From assembly GCF_001194135.2 (NCBI RefSeq), contig NC_068989.1, positions 74,549,386 through 74,605,835 of the forward strand: a DNA stretch of 56,450 nt, in the 5' to 3' direction. The translations under genes were made by a program, and so were the position numbers. This DNA comes from Octopus bimaculoides. Lineage: Eukaryota. Shown piece by piece: positions 13,533 to 26,389 of this stretch. Below the pieces are notes generated by a model, which saw only the letters and a program-made list of their open reading frames with translations, had not been told where the DNA came from and made no database searches. Position 1 is the first letter of the stretch. Each line of letters starts with the position of its first letter.

Positions 13533-15334
13533 GCTTTGTTACAGCAATATATTGATCATTTTCAAAGACAGTGATGTATTTGTAAAAGCACATTTCAGTC
13601 ATGCGTTGATATTCACGTATTGGCATAAAATCGTTGTAACTTCAGGGAAAATATACAGATTACATAGTTTGATATAAAGGTTGAACCAAAAATTCTCTCA
13701 AATAAATAGCGTAGATACATCATAAATATTGTCGTGTGTTTATAAATTATATGTGTAAGAATGTATTAAATCTGATGTGGTTGGTATGCTTCGCAGTAAA
13801 TTACGAATTCTTGTCTTACCCCTGTGCAAAGCTATAGATTTCTATTTAATACGTGCACTCAGTGTCCTCGGTTCAAATGTCTTTTGATTATATCGTGTTT
13901 TAATACGCATCCAGCTATAAGAATAACGTCTCTAATACATGTGTAAAATATACAGGTGTAATTATTTTGATATATGTACCTTGGTTTGTTTTTAATTCAA
14001 CCAAGCCATTACGAATTGATTTCATTTTTTTTTCCTGTTTCTGTCTTTGCCTGAATATTTTTCTGTCCTTGTTTGTCTATCATATCCGTTTGTTTATATT
14101 CCCAGAATTTTACATTGTCGTCCCTATCAAACTGAAGACTATCAGCAGGATGTGTCGACATTGTGATGATATCTGATCGGCAACTGATGGTGTATTGAGT
14201 GAATATATGTTTGTTAGGTGTATCATCTCAGCTTTTCCTGTTCATTTCTTTGTTGGACTTCATTTCATCACACACTCACACACACACAGATAGATAGATA
14301 AAGATAATTACACATGCTGCGATTGCCAAGAACTTTAGGCAAGAGATGACATAGAGATCTGTATTTTTGTATGTGGTTTTCAATAATGCATTCGTTTGGT
14401 TTATCCTGTGCTTCAATATCACACATTTTGAATGAAAGATTAAGCAGATTTTCATCATGCACTGTTGTCTACATTATTTGCCTACCACCGTCTTTTTTGT
14501 TGTCTTTCTCCTCTCTTCGTCCCCTCTTTTCTTCTCTCTCCCTTTTCCGTTCCCTTTCTCTCCCCCTCTAGCTTTGTTTCTTTCTTATTTCTCTCTCCAA
14601 CATATTCTTCGTCTCCCTCCATTTCTTTTCTCCAACTCTCTTATATTTCAAAGTGTCTTTCCAATGTTTCTCAATGCTACGGTCCGGACATGTTTTGTTC
14701 CATTTTTAACTTGAAAAATCTTCGAGTCTTTTGCTCTTGACAATCATCCTCTTTCTTCTCTTAACTCAATTGTCTACGTGTTATCAGTTAATTATTTATT
14801 TCTTGTTTGTTTCAGTGTTCCTTGTATGCATATTATCCTTTGCATACCTGTCCTGTTTTACTTCACTCAAAACAATTTCAGTTTCTTTAATGATTTGTTT
14901 GTTCGGGTTTTCTTTTTCGTCTGTATCTGACTAGTCTCAGCCGAAAAAGCGAATTATTTTCATCTTCCTCTTCATTTTCGTTACATTGCTATACATAAAT
15001 ATTTATCATAGTTAAATAAGCAAATATGCAAAACTTGTCTAGTCATTTGCTACCTGATGTCATCATACAGTGAGAATGCTCTTACTACGTGGAGTTTATA
15101 TAAACAGATAATAGAAAATGGAATGAACGACATTATTTAAAGCTACTACAATTGCTTCGATATTTTCACACCTATAATATATTGGTGAGATGTCGTGTAA
15201 CCATTATCATGCATCCAAGGCGTAAAATGCATCTCTTCAAGTCGATGTTTAAATAAGTCCTTCGTTAGGTCCTACTGTTATTTCACTTAGTGTGAGAATG
15301 TATACGCAAAGCAGACATATATATATATATATAC

Positions 15335-15468
15335 ACGACAGGCTTCTTTCAGTTTCTCTCTACCAAATCCACTCACAAGGCTTTGGTCGGCTCGAGGCTA
15401 TAGTAGAAGGCATTTGCCCAAGCAGTGGGACTGAACCCGGAACCATGTGGTTGGTAAGCAAGCTACTT
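15335..15468 (-). mobile_element. SINE family C 5' half, head clipped
   Basis: GGCTTCTTTCAGTTTC.CTACCAAATCCACTCACAAGG...GGGACTGAACCCGGAACCATGTGG. Confidence 0.85.
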
Positions 15469-15469
15469 T

Positions 15470-17173
15470 ATTTCATTTTATTGGCCATGACGGCCTTACA
15501 TAGAAGAAAAGAAGCTGCGGGCTGGACAAAGACATAATGGTATGCGTAATGAAAAATGATAATAATGAATAAATGGGGGGAAAAGCGACGCCCGCCGACC
15601 GCTTGATCCCCGAAAACACTGTTCCCTTCTATGAGGCAACCGTTTCGTACAAATGTTCATATGTGTTCATTATATATATCACTGAAGCTATTTCGCTTCC
15701 ATGTATATTTCTCCTCATCACTCGGCAGTGGTTCAACATCCGTTAGCACCTTTTTCTTTTTATTTCTTTTTTCCGGTGGGAGAGGAAGAGCCCTCCGGTT
15801 TACCCGGGGGACTCAATCCCTCTTCCAACTCTACATTTGTTTGAGGTTTCAGCAGGCTACAATTAATGCCCGCCTTTCTCTTTTTTCCTTTTCCTATTGA
15901 GGCCACCGCCTCGTTTATTTTTTCCTGCCGAGGAGGACTACTTTTTTTAATGGGTGTCTGCTCCCGGGCCACTTTCGTGTCTCGGTGACAATCCTCCTTT
16001 AAATGGCCAAGCTCTAGGCATCCATGACACTTGTGGGGGGGTCCCTTCCCTCAAGGATCACGGGATACCTAGATCCTGCCGTGGTCAAGTAGTCTGGAAA
16101 GACCAGACTATCATCGTCTAACTGGGTCCACAAAGTTAATATGGCCTTAGCCCCGACCCAGTTAGCAGATGGCAACAATTTTACATTTAACAATTTGGTG
16201 TCTCGAGTGCCACCAAGTCCCCTTTGGAAGGTTTCGGCCAACCAACTCTCCTTTAAACCCGGTGGCAACCCGCATACAAACGCTCGCTTACATTTTTTCC
16301 CACAGTATGAGGGGAGGAACAAAATTTTATCCCCTTCCAGGGGCTGACTGGCGAACTTACACGCCATCTCCGGAGTTCCAGCATATTTGGTTTGCATATA
16401 GTTGCATATTTGGAACCTCTGGCGATATGCTTTATCGCCGGCATGTACTCTGCCAGTTCCTTTTCTATTTCTGGCCTAGGAAAGGGGACAATGGTATCCA
16501 AGGACTTTGAATAAGTCCTTAGAACCACCGTCCTCCTTTCCAAATCTGTCACCCATTCTTTGGGTGGGTTAATTTCCCACACCAAAGCAGTGTTATTTTT
16601 TCTATTGTTCTTGTTTAACTGCAAAAAATAGTAATAAACAAACAAAAAAAGGAAAAACCAATGTTCATAGTTAAATGTCTGTCCTCTGGCGTATTTGAAC
16701 TCCTGACCAGGCCTGTGTACTCCAATATAGGTAATCCAATAATTGGTTCACAAATACTGGTGCTCGTAGTATAAATCCAATTGTGAAAAATCTTCATAAA
16801 TTTTCAATTTTTTCCATAAATTGAATTTACGACACAGCTAAATTCGCCGTGTTGTTCAAGTTAAATGTCTTTTAGCCAATTCGAACTCCTGGCAATCCTA
16901 GGTAATCCAATATAGGTACTCCACAGTGACTTTAGGCATAAAAATAGATGTTCGCCGCGAACTTTGCAGCAAGCAACACTTATTTTCATAAACAAGAAAA
17001 AAACCGTTTACAAAAAGTCTTTCAGAAAAAATTCCAAATACAGAAAGTCTTCAGAAAAAAATAGAAATGGAAAGAGTTCTTGCGGCGAGGTAACACGCAC
17101 CGTTAATTCTTCACTAAAACAAACACAACCAAAGGAGGAAAAAAATGCCTGGAGGCCTGTGGAGATACCCTAT
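15470..17173 (-). mobile_element. L1/Tx1-like ORF1 (gag-like) pseudo-ORF with its UTRs; no ORF2
   Basis: Frameshifted ORFs 16253-16645, 16014-16397 and 15760-15972 join into ...RAFVCGLPPGLKESWLAE...YPVILEGR.P, then the zinc knuckle CHGCLELGHLKEDC (CX2CX4HX4C, 15988-16029) and a basic tail. The 5' end abuts the gap. Confidence 0.75.
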
Positions 17174-17664
17174 NNNNNNNNNNNNNNNNNNNNNNNNNNN
17201 NNNNNNNNNNNNNNNNNNNNNNNNNNNNNNNNNNNNNNNNNNNNNNNNNNNNNNNNNNNNNNNNNNNNNNNNNNNNNNNNNNNNNNNNNNNNNNNNNNNN
17301 NNNNNNNNNNNNNNNNNNNNNNNNNNNNNNNNNNNNNNNNNNNNNNNNNNNNNNNNNNNNNNNNNNNNNNNNNNNNNNNNNNNNNNNNNNNNNNNNNNNN
17401 NNNNNNNNNNNNNNNNNNNNNNNNNNNNNNNNNNNNNNNNNNNNNNNNNNNNNNNNNNNNNNNNNNNNNNNNNNNNNNNNNNNNNNNNNNNNNNNNNNNN
17501 NNNNNNNNNNNNNNNNNNNNNNNNNNNNNNNNNNNNNNNNNNNNNNNNNNNNNNNNNNNNNNNNNNNNNNNNNNNNNNNNNNNNNNNNNNNNNNNNNNNN
17601 NNNNNNNNNNNNNNNNNNNNNNNNNNNNNNNNNNNNNNNNNNNNNNNNNNNNNNNNNNNNNNNN
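17174..17664. other. Assembly gap (N run), one of eight
   Basis: Other gaps: 2006-2123, 6210-6260, 19535-19653, 20814-20823, 43903-44270, 48768-48927, 52412-53127. Confidence 0.97.
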
Positions 17665-17993
17665 TGCGGTTTCGATTCCCAGACCGGGCGTTGTGAGTGT
17701 TTATTGAGCGAAAACACCTAAAGTTCCACGAGGCTCCAGCAGGGGATGGTGGCGAACCCTGCTGTACTCTTTCTCTCACTCTTACTTCCTGTTTCTGTTG
17801 TGCCTGTAATTCAAAGGGTCAGCCTTGTCACATTGTGTCACGCTGAATATCCTAGAGAACTACGTTAAGAGTACACGTGTCTGTGGAGTGTTCAGCCACT
17901 TGCACGTTAATTTCACGAGCAGGCTATTCCGTTGATCGGATCAACTGGAACCCTTGACGTCGTAAGCGACGGAGTGCCAACAACAACAACAAC
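17665..17993 (+). mobile_element. SINE family B copy, 5' end lost in the gap
   Basis: Aligns to 50014-50397 from the B box onward; (CAA)n tail. Confidence 0.9.
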
Positions 17994-18405
17994 ATTGGAA
18001 TATCTTTAAAATCAAAGATAAGTACATATAATAAAATAAATAAAAATTAGCATAGAATGAGCAGATTGTATCAATAGTGTTTCAAATGTTAACTGCATTT
18101 ACACAACTGTCAAAATGAGCAGTTTTGTATGTAGTTGCATCTAATACCACTTCCGGAATGGCCATTTAAATATCTATTAGAATATTTTTCATCAGTTTTT
18201 GTAAACTTAATCAATGATTTGTCTCGTGATACCCTAACGATATTGTTGTTTCTACACCAGTTCATGTAAGAATTTTTCCGTGAAACTACTACCAAACCAA
18301 AGCTAGTAGTTTTATTGCTCTTCGTGCCGAAATCGCCTTCAACTTCACTCTAGAGCAGCTGAAGTAATTTGTGGCCTTGTTGGTTAACGTTCTCTATCGC
18401 TGCTT

Positions 18406-18527
<122 letters not shown>

Positions 18528-19689
18528 AGTATCAAATTATCATCATTTCTTTTAGATTAGCGTATGTTTCTTTGCAAATGAGTTTATCAAAATAGCAAAG
18601 CATGCAGTATATAGTCGAGCTGATGAAATGTCGTTAGAAATAGGAGGAATATTTGGAAAGATGGATATTCAAATAATCAAAAAATAGATACATCCGTATG
18701 TAGAAGAATTTCATGTTATATCGAACGATGTATCAGGAAAATAAACAATGTGGCAAGCAATGAAAAGATGGATAACGAGTAGATTCGAGTTTGTGATAGG
18801 TGCATAATTAGTTCGAAATAGAAAGATTTGAGTGCTATAGAGATTAATTGGAGAAAGCGTAGGAGGAGGAATGCTGAGTGAAGTACAAAGTATCTTTTAG
18901 ATAAAGAAGAAGAAAGAAGAAGAAGAAGAAGAAGAAGGAGAAGAAGGAGAAAACCGAAGCTAAAATCTTAAAAGTATAAGAATTATATGAACGGGAATTG
19001 TTGCGAACAAACGAAAATGAGTGCTCAATAGGTGATGCAGAGTATATGGTTTTCTGGAGCTATGTGAGTTTGTATATTTGTATACAAATATCTTCATCTA
19101 CATATGCCGCATATCTTCATCTACACACCAGCACTCCGCCCGGATTACCACTGGATATACTGACTATTTTCACGGATTTCACTGGATTTTTCTCGTTGAT
19201 GTAAATCGCTCCAATCTACCACGACTTTTTCAACTTTCTGCACTTTCATATTGCATACGTCATTACTTTGCCTTTCTCTCTCTTTTTCTTCCTTTTCTCT
19301 TCTTTTTCCAGCATGCCTAATTATAAATCCTTCCCCTTACACATTCACCGCCGCCTAAAGAAACACCTTTCCACGTTCCTTTCTGCGGCTTCCAACCTTC
19401 TATTAATCTTTCCCTACTGATTTAAAAAAAAAAAAAATACTCGCTTCTGTAGTCATGTTTCCTTTCTCAGTCGCTGCCCTCATCGCCACCTCATCCCCAA
19501 AGGTTTCCGCCTCCATTTCCAACCCACGTTCCATNNNNNNNNNNNNNNNNNNNNNNNNNNNNNNNNNNNNNNNNNNNNNNNNNNNNNNNNNNNNNNNNNN
19601 NNNNNNNNNNNNNNNNNNNNNNNNNNNNNNNNNNNNNNNNNNNNNNNNNNNNNCTAGACCTACCCCTTCCCAGCTCTACCTCCGACTTA

Positions 19690-19817
19690 GATTTTAAGTC
19701 TGGTACCTATGGTATCACTCTTTTGCCGAATCATTAAGTTACGGGGACGTAAACACACCAACAACAGTTGTCAAGCGGTGTGGAGGGGGAAAACAGACAC
19801 ACACGGATAGATATGCA

Positions 19818-19871
<54 letters not shown>

Positions 19872-20035
19872 TACACACACGGCGGGCTTCTTTCAGTTTC
19901 TCTAAGAAATCCTCTCACAAGGCTTTGGTCGACCCAAGGCTATAAAAGAGGACACTTCCCCAAAATAGCATGCAGTGGGACTGAACCTGGCACCACATGG
20001 TTCGGAAGCAAGCTTCTTACCACTCCTGCGCCTCT
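19690..20035 (-). mobile_element. SINE family C copy with internal (TA)n
   Basis: Reverse-strand tail (19690-19795) and head (19876-20035) flank the microsatellite. Confidence 0.8.
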
Positions 20036-21290
20036 GTGTATGCGATTGTATGTATATATTTACGTATGTGTGTGTCTGTATGCATGCATGGTTATGTGTT
20101 TATGGAAGTGTATTCTGGCAGACAGCAAATTGGATGCAACTAATTGCTTCACGTGTTAAATACGTTTCTAAAATTCAGTTTATTTTGCGTCTTAAATTAT
20201 GATTTAAAAATTAATGAGCCCAGAACAGACATCTCGCTCATTTCTTTGGACTTAATTATATTTAGCTATAGAGCTATTTATCAATATAATCAACAATGTA
20301 TTACAGTCTCTGCCTCCATTAATAATAACTTAGCGAAGCGTTTCTCACAAATTTTGTGAGGACAATGTTGATTATAACTTAGAATATGGATTTTCTAATA
20401 AGTCATCAAATACTGCATTTATTAACACTAATTTTATATATAATTGCTTCAAAATTTTCTATGAATATAAATCGCATGATTCTGTTCTAGTTTTTTTTTT
20501 GGGGGGGGGGGGGATTAACTGTTTAATTTTGTTTTTAAAACAAAATGTATAACTTTCGTTCCTCAAATCGTATGGTAGTTATCTCCCTTGACTGATTCAA
20601 TAATTTAGGGTTCTCTTGGGCAGTTTTCTGTACTAATTGTAACAATAATGTTCGGTAACTCTAATTTTCCAACTTACCATAATACATATGTGAGACTTTC
20701 TATATTTATTTACATGTATATTGATACCAACATCACTAGTTCACACACACACACACACTGAAGGAAGTCAAATAAAACGGAAATGTATTTTTCCTTTGCA
20801 TCAATTGGGTAAANNNNNNNNNNGTTTTCAGGGTTAGTTTTTAGATTTTATACAAGCCTAGAGGGAGTTCCCCCCCCCCCCCAATTAAATAAATAGATAA
20901 TGTCAAGTAACCGAAACTTCTCATCTAGATATATGACATGTAGGTGATGCTATCTCTACTACTTAGAAAGCTGCCACAAGTGTCTTCTTCAGCCATATGG
21001 TGGACAAATAACTAAGGTTAGCGCATCAATTTATGGCAGATATGAATATTAAAGAGGGCGACGCCAATAAAGATAGTGAAAGGCAGGGAACACCATATAC
21101 AGAGCGATTTATTTATCGCTTAAGCAGAAAATATTACAAATGTTATTGTGATAAACAGCGGGACCAAGTGTTAAACCGCGATCACTTTCACTCACAAAGT
21201 ATTTAATATCTAACCCCTATATCAATGCAAATATTTCAACCAGTAAATTGTTAATAGCAAATGAGAGCAGAAGCTAACAAACACACACAG

Positions 21291-21386
21291 ACTGGAAAGA
21301 AGCTTGCTTGCCAGCCAAATGGTTCCGGGTTCAGCCCTCCCTGCGTGGCACCTTGGGTGCGTGTATACTACAGCCTCAGGTCGATC

Positions 21387-21419
<33 letters not shown>

Positions 21420-21428
21420 AAGAGAAAG

Positions 21429-21505
<77 letters not shown>

Positions 21506-21683
21506 CCACCACCGCTTTACAACCTATGTTGGTGTGTTTACGTGACCGTAACTTGGCGCTTTGGCAAAAGAGACCGATAGAATAAGTACTAAGCTTACAA
21601 AGATGAAGTCCTGGGGTCGATTTCTTCGACTAAAAAAAAAAAAGTTTAAGATGGTGCTCCAGCATGGCCGCAGGCAAAGAAAC
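21291..21683 (+). mobile_element. SINE family C copy with expanded internal (GA)n(GT)n
   Basis: Head AAGAAGCTTGCTT.CCA.CCA.ATGGTTCCGGGTTCAG, internal microsatellite, tail GGTGTGTTTACGT...TCCTGGGGTCGATTT...GCTCCAGCATGGCCGCAG. Confidence 0.85.
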
Positions 21684-22191
21684 GAGATTATATATATATA
21701 TACAAATATATATATATATAGATATACATACACAGAAGCATATATATACACATGCATGCATCTATGCATATAAACAAACATGTATATGTATGTTACATAT
21801 AGTTGGAATTTACACACAAAATAAAATACGAAGACGGGTGCGTAAACAACAAACAGAGGTATTAGTTTAACGCTCGGGAAGTGAGAAAGTCTCGGAACTT
21901 GCTTCAAATATTGTTTGTCGGTCAACAAATTTTTAAAACTTCATGTCATTTTTCCAGTCATCGAGAAAGTTGTCGCAAAATTAACCCTCGCAACAGGAAA
22001 CAAAATGTGCAGTAATGCTCAATAATTAATTATTGAAGTTCATAATAGATCATGCAAAGCAATAGGAAAAACGGTCATACGATAATATAGATGTTTGCGA
22101 TCTTGTCTGAATTCTTTGTAATCAAATATGAATTCTTTGCAATCAAATTTGATGGCAAAGCATCCAAAGTAGATCGAAAACATCTATATTT

Positions 22192-22396
22192 AATTCTTTA
22201 TTGGCCACAAGGGAAGCTAAACACAGAGGGGACAAACAAAGACAGACAAAGGGACTAAGTCAATTACATCGACTCCAGTGCGTAACTGGTACTTATTTAA
22301 TCGACCCCGGAAGGATGAAAGGCAAAGTCGACCTCGGAGGAATTTGAACTAAGCATTTCGCCTGGCGTGCTAACGATTCTGGCCAGCTCGCCGCCT
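22192..22396 (-). mobile_element. SINE family A copy with internal deletion
   Basis: Reverse complement of GGCGGCGAGCTGGCCAGAATCGTTAGCACGCCAGGCGAAATGCTTAG through CCCTCTGTGTTTAG. Confidence 0.85.
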
Positions 22397-25114
22397 CTAT
22401 ATTATTGAAGGGTCGGCAACAGATCTCTGTTGTGTGCTTGAATGAAGAAGCTTTATCAAAAAATAACTCTGCATAAACAGAAAATTAGTGTTTCATTACG
22501 TTTCCTGGAAACTTGAATCCAAAGGCTGATCTTTCAAAGGGTTCCTGTCAGGTCGGTTTATACCTACATAGGATTAATATGTCTGAATGCATGCTTACAA
22601 GTATGTAAGCCGTACATCAGGAACTGATTTCAATTCATCAAACAAAATTACCATTGTTGCTGATAAGTAATTCATTTCCAGAGGATCCATTTTCTAATGA
22701 CGGTAAGCAAATTGCAAGGCCCGTATTTCAATTAAATGGATTAGTTTCACCTATAGCTTACGTTCATTGATTGCCTGCTACATTTAAATCTAATTAATAC
22801 TAGAAATTGTGCTAGCCTGATATTAGACATTCAAGATTACGATGGTGAAGCATAAATCAGAGAGCCTAACATTTTTGCAAAGGAATTGTATTATCTTTAT
22901 ACTACTATTTGGTTATATAATATATTTCATACTCAATCCGGTAAACTTTATAAGGCTTCGAGTAATTTTTTCAATAATTATATTTGAAATATTTCAATTT
23001 TTTCATTTCTCAGAAAATATGCCCGGATCATTGCCATTGAAACATGAAGTAAAAAGTATCCTCTTTTATTACTTCTACGTTACCTACGCCCCAATGTAGT
23101 ACATGAAACAACTAAGAAAGAGCGATTAAGTAGCACAAAAGAGGTTGTGAAGTTGTTTGGTTATTCTAAGTCAACAAATAGCGGAAATTTTGTTCACAGC
23201 AATCCTTAACTGATTACGCAAGAGTTGATTATTACTTTTCGACATCTGTACACAATGCATTTTCACTATACCTATTCTATAGAAAGAACAGAAATATCAT
23301 TACAAACAGCTTAGTTTTTCTGTTATCATTATTGGAGAGACAAGACTCTCATACGTGTATTCACTACATACAGTATGTAATACCCATTTCCTTGTCCAAA
23401 TATAATGGGGACAACCTTCTGTAAATGATGTGGAGGGTAGTGATGAGTGGTACAGTTGGTGGTAGTAGATGTTTCACTGAGCTTCTTTTTATTCCGGAAT
23501 AAAAATGGAAGTTAAGATTTTTTTTATTATTCGGAAGTGTTTAAATAATCTTGTTAGCGAAGTTCGATGTCTGAAGAACAGGAAGATCTTGCCGAACCAG
23601 AAGAAGTCTAATCCACTTCACTAAAATGTTTCGAAACTTCAATTTGGTAACATGTTTTATAGAAGTCCCACTAAATAACAATTAATTCTCTAAATTTGTT
23701 TCAGTCTCATGGATGATGTGGTGCCTCTTTATCCGCTCATCACAAAGATACGTCGAATCAGTGGATTCGATAGACAATGCACTTGCTTGAGTGAAGCTTT
23801 CAACGAAATAAAGTAGGCCTCTAAGTATAGAGATTGAGTTAAAAACATCTTCGATGCCAATAGAGAAATCATCTGTCTAATATCGTTAACACTACTCAGA
23901 ATGATTGTACACTAAGCAATGTAAAATGGAAGTATTGCATCGAAATATTCAATGGAAGCCTGGAGGTTTCCAAAGAAAGGCATGATAACCGACTTCTTGA
24001 ATACTATCTTGCAACATCCCAGGGTAAGCTTAAAAGGAAAATATTCATCACACTCCTATAATGTATATTCTTCAATGACAGTAATCTAAGAAAGTTTATG
24101 ATAAGAATTAAGTCACATTGAATTACGTAATATTTAATCGAGTATATACTGTACAATTCCGTTGAAGCAACTGGTAATTTTGTATAAAACTTAATATAAG
24201 TTTGATAAAACTGAGAAACTTAAAGTATGATACATGAAAAACTAGACGTACCAGCAAAAATCTAAAATGCATTTGGAAATTGCGCTCGAAAATCATTCCT
24301 AAAATGTTAATTTCATCTCCAGCATAAAAAGCTGCGTAAATAAATGCGATTTAAATATCATTAACATAACTTCAAGGGAACAGTAAAGCCGTGACACGTA
24401 TATCGTCCATGTAATATAAGTATTTTCTAAAAAATCACGGATCGGTTATGATTTGTCTAAAATACTATGAAATAATTATTACAAAAGAGATTACTTAACC
24501 AAGAAATGTTTAAACAAGAAATGCGTTAAATATTATTCAAACATGAATGAGTAGTTTTCTTCAATTTTGCCAAATGTAAGGAATAAATTCTGTAAAACAA
24601 ACTAAATTACACAAACTAATAAACGATGTAATGTAAGAGAGTATTCTCCTATCCACTACTGGTGCATAAAAATTATTTTAACTTTGAAAGAAAAATAACT
24701 CGTCTCTAGAGTTATTTCCCTTGCATCAAAATATTTTTGCGATATGAAGTTATGTCCCTTTGTATTCATTATTAGAATTTAGTCTGCTTGATTTTTCCAA
24801 AAGGGACAAACTAAAAGGTAATGAATAATAGAAGATATTATTGAAGGTTGTCACTGCAATAAAAACCTGTGGCCTTTCACATGTGCTAGAAAGTGATATA
24901 TTAAAAAAGACACTTGCTATTTTTCATTCAAATAATTTTATTTCTACCATACATTAAGTAGTTTCTTCCAAAGTTTTACGGCATTCAGTCTTCCGGTGCA
25001 TTTTGTTCAGCAACTGCAAGAAACATTCAAGGCTGCGAAGTGAACTTCATCAGAAAAATACAACGAATTAACACTTTAAAAAGAAATATATCTTTGTAGA
25101 AGCATTCTAATAAT

Positions 25115-25300
25115 GGTTTCAAATTTTGCTATAAGTCCACCAAGTTATAAGTCGATTACATCGATACTTATTTCATCGACTCCGAAATAATGAAAGGCAA
25201 AGTCGTCTTTAGCGAATTTCAACTCACAACATTAATTCGGACAAAATGCTAGGCATTTTACTCGGCAGGCGAACGATTCTCCCAGTTCGCTGCCTTAATA
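25115..25300 (-). mobile_element. SINE family A copy, degraded
   Basis: ATGAAAGGCAAAGTCGTC...AACGATTCT.CCAGTTCGCTGCCTT. Confidence 0.7.
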
Positions 25301-25554
25301 GCATTCTAATAGTCACCGAAGTTAACAAATCTGAGACATTTGAACGATTAATTCTCTAATATATATGGTTGTTTAAGTAAATGGCTTAAATGAAATGCCA
25401 AGATCAACCACAAGAAATTACAATTTTAGTCGTGCTTGCATTCTCCCAAATATTTATTACGAGCCTAACGCAACCAGTTCTACAAAATTCACTGTCTAAA
25501 TTATACGGAATGTACTTTGAGAATATAAGAAAATCTTTTAAAAATTTTACTTAC

Positions 25555-25616
25555 TTATTTTGGACCATTCAATTTCGTAAACTTGTTGGTGATTTCTTTT
25601 ACATTTTTGGAGGATT
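25555..25616 (-). CDS. GEN1: GEN1 coding exon 9 (62 nt, phase 2 to 1), start of chromodomain
   Basis: Not in the ORF track. Acceptor TGCTTCAG, donor ATAA|GTAAGT. (R)ILQKCKRNHQQVYEIEWSKI matches the chromodomain start RI.K.R.R....FEIEW. Confidence 0.9.
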
Positions 25617-25947
25617 CTGAAGCATTCGATAATTATCAAGTTAAATTTGTACGAAATCATTTTATACAGTATTGCACTTCAGCATATGCTATTCCCTTTT
25701 CATAAATTTATACGCAGTCATAATTTTAGTTTCATATAATGTTTTTTACCCTATTTCTTTCTTCGGCTAAATTGTACCATATTTCTCACAATTTATATGA
25801 ATTTCACCTTTTGATTAATTAGAATTTTTATTTCATCAATAAAGTACAGGTTGAACACCAGGGATTCAGATATTTACAAGCAATGGCAAAAGATGTTGTA
25901 ATATGTTATACTGCTACATCCATCAGAACTACTTACAACGTTTATTG

Positions 25948-26345
25948 CTGACGAGCTGGCATTACCGTATTGGACAAAATGCTTAGTAGTTTATCTTCCC
26001 GCTTTTTACATTCATAACTCAAATCCCGCCGAGATCAAATTTGTCCTGTATCCTTCGGGGACCAACAAGATAAAGTACGAGCTAAATACTTAGGCTGACG
26101 TAATGGATTAAACCCTCTCCCAGAAATTGCTTGTCATACGCCAAAGTTTGAAATTTTCTCTCTTACTGTTAATATTACATGGTAGACACGTCAGAGCGTT
26201 GAAAAACTGCTTCACTGTATTTCATCCGGCCTTTTACATTCCAAGTTTAATACTCACCGAGATCAACTTAACATTTCATCCTTCCAAGTCGATAAAATAA
26301 AGCACTAGAACTGGAGTCGATATAATTGACAAACAACTCCCTTCA
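25948..26345 (+). mobile_element. Two tandem degraded SINE family A copies
   Basis: GCTGACGAGCTGGC...CTCAAATCCCGCCGAGATC, and a second ...CACCGAGATCAACTT...TTTCATCC...GTCGATAAAATAA. Confidence 0.65.
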
Positions 26346-26389
26346 AAAATGTAAGTATTATAACTATATTAGTAATAATATGTATGTGT

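Noticed and set aside
16964-17779. Long ORFs spanning N runs (also 43875-44294, 48615-49021, 52324-53227)
   Set aside because: Their length comes from assembly gaps.
20940-21235. 57-codon plus-strand ORF MADMNIKEGDANKDSERQG...
   Set aside because: Short, with no motif or splice support.
24402-24413. YMDD motif on the minus strand suggesting a reverse transcriptase
   Set aside because: No other RT motif in the flanking frames; four residues are not enough.
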